From Puia sp. (GTDB lineage: Bacteria > Bacteroidota > Bacteroidia > Chitinophagales > Chitinophagaceae), in NCBI GenBank assembly GCA_035946435.1, contig DASYZH010000353.1:2376-66375 (forward strand): a DNA stretch of 64,000 bases. Reading direction: 5' to 3'. Under the pieces are notes generated by a model. The model was not told the origin of the DNA. It saw only the letters and a program-made list of their open reading frames with translations, and did no database searches. The translations under genes and the position numbers were made by a program. This document shows, one piece after another, positions 58,760 to 64,000 of this stretch (position 1 is its first letter; every line of letters starts with the position of its first letter).

Positions 58760-59638
58760 ATGAAGGCCCAACTGATCGAAGTAGGATTGCAAAAAGAACA
58801 AACTTTTTTTGTTAAAAAGCTTGACTGTGATCGCTTTACAACCCCTTTCCATTTTCATGAACTTTGTGAATTGAATTTTGTCGTAGAGAGTTCCGGCAAG
58901 CGGATCGTGGGAGACAATATCGCCAGCTTTTCGTCCGGCGACCTGGTGCTAATGAATTCGAATCTCCCTCATATCTGGTACAACGACAAGGATTACCTGG
59001 CGGACGAGAGCCGCGGGACCGCGAAGGCGATCGTGACCTATTTCGATACTCATTTCCTGGTAAACCTATGCAATGACGAACAATATTCGGTGAAGATCAA
59101 AAACCTGATGGAGAGGGCGAAGCGGGGAATCCGGTTCGTAGGAGATACGCAACAACATGCGGCCCAAAGGTTGCAAAATATCGCCGGGAAGCAGGGATTG
59201 GAGCGGCTCATCGATTTCCTGCACCTGATCCACTTGTTTATGGAAAGCGACGAATATGAATACCTTGCCACTTTCGGTTACAACAACTCCTTTAACGAAA
59301 AGGATACAGAGCGTATGAGCCGGGTTTACCAATACCTCATACAGAATTTCACGGAAAGCATTCCCCTGTCAAAGGTTGCGGCGATAGCGAACCTGACGCC
59401 ACCGGCCTTTTGCACCTTTTTTAAAAAACGCACCCAGCGCTCGTTCTCACGCTTCCTGAATGAACTGCGCATCGGACATGCGTGCAAACTTCTTCAAAAC
59501 GAAAGCCTGTCGATCTCGGATATATGCTATCTGTCGGGATATGAGAACCCCACGAATTTTAATAAATTCTTCAAAGAGATCACCCGGAAGACACCCTCTC
59601 AATATCGCAGGGAATTCTTTGATCCCTTAGAGAAATAA
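58760..59638 (+). CDS. AraC family transcriptional regulator (cupin + double HTH)
   Basis: FHFHELCELNFV...GKRIVGD, ANLTPPAFCTFFKK, RIGHACKLL and SGYENPTNFNKFFK. It is divergent from susC. Confidence 0.95.
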   Translation: MKAQLIEVGLQKEQTFFVKKLDCDRFTTPFHFHELCELNFVVESSGKRIVGDNIASFSSGDLVLMNSNLPHIWYNDKDYLADESRGTAKAIVTYFDTHFLVNLCNDEQYSVKIKNLMERAKRGIRFVGDTQQHAAQRLQNIAGKQGLERLIDFLHLIHLFMESDEYEYLATFGYNNSFNEKDTERMSRVYQYLIQNFTESIPLSKVAAIANLTPPAFCTFFKKRTQRSFSRFLNELRIGHACKLLQNESLSISDICYLSGYENPTNFNKFFKEITRKTPSQYRREFFDPLEK

Positions 59639-59660
59639 TCTTGCGTCGTGTCCAATAAAT

Positions 59661-60464
59661 TCATTTCGGCGGATGCTTCCGCACCTGCCTTATCAACACC
59701 CCCGGCGCCCACCGGTTCAGCATCAACGCCAGCCGCTCCCCGCCGCCCGACTTCCCGATATACGCCTCAAAAGCGCCATTCCCTATGGCCCGCAACATCT
59801 GCGCCGCCGCCTTATCTGCCGGTAACCCATGAGCGATATTCTCGGAGGTCGTGCCCAGCTCCGTCCCATCCTTGGTCAACGCATGTTGCGAAATATTGGT
59901 CTGGATATAACCCGGTGTAAGGATCGTCACCTGGACATTGGAAGCCGCCACCTCGGCCCGGAGACAATCGAAGAATCCATGCAACGCATGCTTCGAAGCA
60001 GCATAAGCGCTCCGCATGGGCGTGCCGATCTTGCCCATGACACTGCTCATGACAACGAAATGCCCTGACTTCCGCTCCACAAAATGCGGCAATATCGCCT
60101 TCGTCAGGGCCACATAGCTAAAATAATTCAGCTCCATCACCCGCCGTTGAACCTCCAGCTCCGTTTCGATCACCAGCGACCGCTGCGTGATCCCGCCGTT
60201 GTGGATCAGCATATCCACCTGACCAAACGCCCCGATGGCCTCCGCCGTCCTCACCACGAACGAAGGGATGTCCAGCAGGTCTATCGGCAACACCCTCGCC
60301 TGATCCGGCCTGGCGCAACCCGCCTTGACCCGCTCCAGCTCCTCGGTACGCCTGCTGGATAAAAGCAGCCGCGCCCCGGCAGCGGAGAATGCATATGCCA
60401 GCGCCTCGCCGATCCCCGAAGACGCGCCCGTGATCCAAATGACCTTATTGGTATAATCATTCAT
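59661..60464 (-). CDS. SDR oxidoreductase (DHRS7-like)
   Basis: The start was moved to ATG 60464. Motifs: WITGASSGIG, HNGG, NYFS and YAASKHAL. Confidence 0.9.
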   Translation of the reverse strand: MNDYTNKVIWITGASSGIGEALAYAFSAAGARLLLSSRRTEELERVKAGCARPDQARVLPIDLLDIPSFVVRTAEAIGAFGQVDMLIHNGGITQRSLVIETELEVQRRVMELNYFSYVALTKAILPHFVERKSGHFVVMSSVMGKIGTPMRSAYAASKHALHGFFDCLRAEVAASNVQVTILTPGYIQTNISQHALTKDGTELGTTSENIAHGLPADKAAAQMLRAIGNGAFEAYIGKSGGGERLALMLNRWAPGVLIRQVRKHPPK

Positions 60465-60490
60465 AAAAAGAGGGCCGCCTGCGGCGGCCC
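60465..60490 (-). terminator. Intrinsic terminator, copy 1
   Basis: Minus-strand GGGCCGCC-gca-GGCGGCCC-TCTTTTT. The same sequence recurs at 61526-61549. Confidence 0.8.
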
Positions 60491-60499
60491 CCAAAGTTA

Positions 60500-60639
60500 A
60501 TCATTATTCCCCCCTGTTCCTGGTATTCCGGCCCATCGCCCGGCGAAGAGCCATTGACGGGCTGCTGCCCATTGTGATACGGGTTATTGAAATTCCTCCG
60601 GAAATTGTAGAAATAATCATGACGCGCATGAACGATTGC
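60500..60639 (-). pseudogene. 3' remnant of a paralogue of the 61587-62168 gene
   Basis: It translates to AIVHARHDYFYNFRRN...GSSPGDGPEYQEQG, versus AIVQARHDYFYHSRRN...GSSSGDGPEYQEQG in the intact gene. There is no start codon and an in-frame TGA four codons upstream. Confidence 0.85.
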
Positions 60640-60902
60640 GAGAGGAGTTCAGTAATTATTTTTCTTTACCTTAGAATAAGATTCCATCTCAATTCACTTC
60701 AAGGTACTGATTAGACAGTTATTGTCAATTCTGGTATTTGTCTAATGGCGAGTAAGGCTCTCCATTTTTTTAACTATGGGCAAGATCTAATTTATGGAAG
60801 AAATTCGTTTAGGTTTGAATGCTTATCTACTATAATGATAGGCAGGAATTGTCAACGAAAGAATCAGTTTAATCGGCATATTTAACGAAAACCGGCTATA
60901 TG

Positions 60903-61444
60903 CCCGGACAAAGTAAGTGAAACTCAAATAGTATCCTATGTCTTTTTACATAGAATCAAGCCATGATGAAGAAGTTCTAGAACAATGTGCAAGGATGATG
61001 AGTAAGTCTCAACCTTGGATCACGCTTAAGCGCGGCTTTAATGATTGCATCGAGGCATTGCATGGGTGTGATAAGGAAGTTTACATTATAAAATGCGATG
61101 GTGAACTACTAGGCTTTTCCGCCTTGCAGATGGGCGGAGTTTTCAAAGGATATATTCAATCTATTTGTATCGCGACGCACGTGCAAGGGAAAGGGATTGG
61201 TACGGCGCTTTTGAAATTCTGTGAAGAAAGAATATTTAAAGTTTCACCTAATGCGTTTATATGTGTTTCCTCATTTAATGTTGATGCTGCGCGGCTTTAT
61301 TATAGATTGGGGTATAAGAAAATAGGGGAGCTTACGGATTTTATAGTGCGAGGGCATGACGAGTTCCTGCTTCGAAAAACAGTAGGCCCATCATCTGAGT
61401 TTATTTCTGTATAGCAGGATATTGACCGAATTCATTTGTCCGGG
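60903..61444. repeat. Inverted repeats flanking the GNAT gene
   Basis: CCCGGACAAA at 60903-60912 and TTTGTCCGGG at 61435-61444, with degenerate similarity extending on both sides. Confidence 0.65.
60938..61414 (+). CDS. GNAT family N-acetyltransferase (RimI-like), AT-rich
   Basis: Motif A IQSICIATHVQGKGIGTALL and C-terminal NVDAARLYYRLGY. It is visibly lower in GC than its neighbours. Confidence 0.88.
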   Translation: MSFYIESSHDEEVLEQCARMMSKSQPWITLKRGFNDCIEALHGCDKEVYIIKCDGELLGFSALQMGGVFKGYIQSICIATHVQGKGIGTALLKFCEERIFKVSPNAFICVSSFNVDAARLYYRLGYKKIGELTDFIVRGHDEFLLRKTVGPSSEFISV

Positions 61445-61523
61445 ATTATAAGTGGCCGAGCCGTGCCTGAGTAGTCAACGCTATAGGTAATGAAATAGTT
61501 TATCGCTTCAATGGAATACTCTC

Positions 61524-61552
61524 AAAAAGAGGGCCGCCTGCGGCGGCCCTCT
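61524..61552. terminator. Bidirectional intrinsic terminator, copy 2
   Basis: AAAAAGAGGGCCGCC-tgc-GGCGGCCCTCT, between convergent genes. Confidence 0.88.
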
Positions 61553-61586
61553 AAAGGTAAACTAAAGCCTAAGTATTCGTAACTAA

Positions 61587-62168
61587 CTATTTTGAGCCGG
61601 CCGTATTAGCCCCCTGCTCCTGGTATTCCGGCCCATCGCCCGAGGAAGAACCATTGTTGCCGGAACTATTGCTATTGGTCTTCGGCTGCTGCTGGCTCGG
61701 CTGATTCTGGTACTGCGGCGGCTGATTCTGATAATTCCTCCGCGAATGATAAAAATAATCATGACGCGCCTGGACGATCGCATTGTCGCGATCGGTCTTC
61801 AGCTGATCGATCTTCGCCCGGCGTTCCCTGTGGGTAAGCGCCTTGTCATGCCTCACGTCTTTGATCTGCTGCTGATAATCATTTTTGATATCCCGGACCT
61901 GCAATTCCAGCTGGTTGGGCATAGCCCCATACCCATAATAGTAGCCGGGATAACCCCCATACCAGGGGCCATACCATCCGTATCCCCAGCCCCACCAGGG
62001 ATAACCCAACCCAATACCAACGCCTACATAGGTTCTGGGATGATAAGCCCAGCCACCCCCATGATAATAACCGTGACCACCTGCAACGACACCGCCATGC
62101 CCGCGTTGGGCCGAAGCCCCATAGGCCAGCCCAAACGTCAGTAGGATGATTAAAATATTTCTTTTCAT
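61587..62168 (-). CDS. Hypothetical secreted Gly/Tyr/Trp-rich low-complexity protein
   Basis: Signal peptide (ending ASAQ), a GYPWWGWGYGWYG tract, a helical middle and a Q/N/S-rich tail. Confidence 0.75.
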   Translation of the reverse strand: MKRNILIILLTFGLAYGASAQRGHGGVVAGGHGYYHGGGWAYHPRTYVGVGIGLGYPWWGWGYGWYGPWYGGYPGYYYGYGAMPNQLELQVRDIKNDYQQQIKDVRHDKALTHRERRAKIDQLKTDRDNAIVQARHDYFYHSRRNYQNQPPQYQNQPSQQQPKTNSNSSGNNGSSSGDGPEYQEQGANTAGSK

Positions 62169-62455
62169 ATCCTAAGTTTTTAAGTGTTTGTGTACATATA
62201 TGAGAACACAAAAACCGTTCAAAGTTTACTCCCCATACTTAGGTATAACTTATCTCTAACATTGTCTTAGCCAATAGATAACATTTTACCCTTTGCCGTC
62301 ATTTTTCTGCCGTTGTCGGGCTCGTAACTAAGGTTAAACCCCTACCCGTGTTAAAAAAGTGTGAACAGATAAAAATATAACTACCCACTTACCGTTAACC
62401 TCTTGACCCTGAGGTTTTATGAATCGATTTGTTAAGCTCTGAAACCCAAGCCCAA

Positions 62456-63817
62456 ATGCTGTCCTTACCCGTTCGAAATGCAGTACTGGCACACCTGTTC
62501 CTGTTTGTAACTCCCAGCCATCCCAGCCTCTGGAGCCTGGCCCTCGGTATCATCATCGGAACAGCGGTAACCTGCCTTATCTTCAGCCTGATCATCGTTC
62601 GCCGGCTCAAAGACCGGGCGGCGCAGCTCCGTCTGCAGGTAGACTCACAAGCACGACTCACCGAAGAAGCGCTCCGCGCCAAATCCTTCTTTCTGACAAA
62701 TATGAGCCATGAGATCCGTACGCCGATGAACGGCATCATGGGCATGACCTCCCTCCTGGATACCACCGCCCTCAACAAAGAACAACGCGGTTATATCGAT
62801 ACCATCCGCAGCTGCGGCGAAAGCCTACTCACCGTGATGAACAACATCTTCGACTTCTCATCCATCGAATCCGGCCAGCTGTCCCTGGAAGAGAAATCCA
62901 CCGACATCCGCACCTGCGTCGAAGGCGTCCTCGACATGTTCATGGCCCGCTCGCTCAACGCCGACATCCTTCTGCATGCCCAGATCGACGACGACGTCCC
63001 CGCCCGCGTTCATACGGACGGCCAGCGTCTGCGCCAGATCCTCATCAATATCATGGGGAACGCCGTAAAGTTTACCCGCCAGGGCGAGATACGCATTCGT
63101 GTATTCATCGCCCAGCATCCTGTGTCCCCTTCGGGTCAGACCACCCTGGGCTTCGAGATAAAAGACACAGGCATCGGCATCTTTCCCGGCCAGATCCAGC
63201 GGCTCTTCCAGCCCTTCGCCCAGGTAGATTCCTCTGTGACCCGCAAATACGGCGGCATCGGCCTCGGCCTTTCGATCTCACAAAGACTGGTGGAATTAAT
63301 GAACGGCCGCATCACCGTCGATAGCACGCCGGGCGCCGGCTCGACCTTTGTCTTTACCATTCAGGCCCGGCCGGTACAGGTCCGGAACATACCCGCCAAC
63401 AACCCCGCCATCCCGCCTATCGCCGAAAAATACCCACTGCGCATACTCCTGGCCGAGGATAACCCCATCAACCAACAGCTGGCCCTGGTCATCCTCAGCA
63501 AAATGGGCTATGAACCCTGCGTCGCCGCCAACGGCAAAGAAGTCATCGACCACTTAAAAAAAGCCTGCTTCGACCTGATCTTTATGGACGTGCAAATGCC
63601 CGAGATGGATGGCCTCGAAGCAACCCGCCGCATCCGCTCAGGCAATGGCCCCCAGCCCGTGATCATCGCCATCACGGCCAACGTTACCCGCCAGGACCGC
63701 GAAGAGTGTCTGGCCGAAGGCATGAACGACTATCTAAGCAAACCCGTCGATCTCGAACAGCTCACCTATATGCTGGAAAAATGGGGCACGCAGATCCGTC
63801 TGACCACCGCCTCCTAA
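62456..63817 (+). CDS. Hybrid histidine kinase/response regulator with minimal sensor region
   Basis: One TM helix, FLTNMSHEIRTPMNG, NIMGNAVKFT, DTGIG, YGGIGLGL and REC motifs AEDNPINQ and MDVQMPEMDG. The start is uncertain (62429 or 62456). Confidence 0.9.
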   Translation: MLSLPVRNAVLAHLFLFVTPSHPSLWSLALGIIIGTAVTCLIFSLIIVRRLKDRAAQLRLQVDSQARLTEEALRAKSFFLTNMSHEIRTPMNGIMGMTSLLDTTALNKEQRGYIDTIRSCGESLLTVMNNIFDFSSIESGQLSLEEKSTDIRTCVEGVLDMFMARSLNADILLHAQIDDDVPARVHTDGQRLRQILINIMGNAVKFTRQGEIRIRVFIAQHPVSPSGQTTLGFEIKDTGIGIFPGQIQRLFQPFAQVDSSVTRKYGGIGLGLSISQRLVELMNGRITVDSTPGAGSTFVFTIQARPVQVRNIPANNPAIPPIAEKYPLRILLAEDNPINQQLALVILSKMGYEPCVAANGKEVIDHLKKACFDLIFMDVQMPEMDGLEATRRIRSGNGPQPVIIAITANVTRQDREECLAEGMNDYLSKPVDLEQLTYMLEKWGTQIRLTTAS

Positions 63818-63937
63818 GAATTTATCGCCTCCAAAAACAGTTGGTTGTCATGCAAAACAACCCCTCAACTAACTAACAACCAACTCGTTAATTAGTCCAC
63901 CAACTCGGTTGACGTAATAAAATCGAAACAAACTGTG

Positions 63938-63969
63938 TTTGTACAACGACCCGCAACGATCTAAATTTG
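63938..63969 (+). promoter_or_regulatory. Consensus Bacteroidetes sigma-A promoter for a gene beyond the window
   Basis: TTTG (63938-63941), a 20-nt spacer and TAAATTTG (63962-63969) match the -33/-7 consensus. Confidence 0.65.
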
Positions 63970-64000
63970 TGTAACAATTCAGGAAGAACAACGATCCCCA

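Noticed and set aside
62419-62442. Short ORF MNRFVKL upstream of the hybrid kinase as a leader peptide or frameshifted start
   Set aside because: It has seven codons, with no supporting motif or slippery site.
1-64000. tRNA, rRNA, riboswitch, CRISPR array, integrase or transposase
   Set aside because: None was recognised by eye. The intergenic regions are short, and an Infernal/tRNAscan run would be needed to exclude small RNAs.

Overview
A 64-kb Bacteroidetes chromosomal window, probably Chitinophagaceae-like. This is inferred from SusC/SusD pairs, an ECF-FecR-SusC cascade and TAnnTTTG promoters. It holds the 3' end of one SusC/SusD pair and two complete polysaccharide utilisation loci on the minus strand. 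PUL-1 (9761-30226) runs CRTAC1/FG-GAP lipoprotein, ECF sigma, FecR, SusC, SusD, GH89, a ~1890-aa GH35-GH92-Fn3-LamG fusion, and GH95. PUL-2 (36734-59638) is the best candidate for an undescribed system. It has an AraC regulator, SusC, SusD and three tandem divergent GH38-like hydrolases. These are followed by an MFS sugar porter, a signal-less solute-binding-like protein, an enoyl-CoA hydratase, an M24-family enzyme, a family III CoA-transferase, a glucose-1-dehydrogenase-like SDR, a cupin-RraA fusion and a UxuA-like dehydratase. This points to kinase-free oxidative catabolism of a sugar conjugate with a CoA-dependent side branch. Other genes include a DUF4097 protein, an orphan ABC permease, YghX, two histidine kinases, a putative cysteine hydrolase/lipoprotein pair, DUF1345, IorAB-like and M1 peptidase genes. 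At the right end an AT-rich GNAT gene flanked by inverted repeats sits between a 5'-truncated paralogue remnant and its intact paralogue. No tRNA, rRNA, CRISPR array, integrase or transposase was recognised. All calls come from motif recognition by eye, and no database searches were run.
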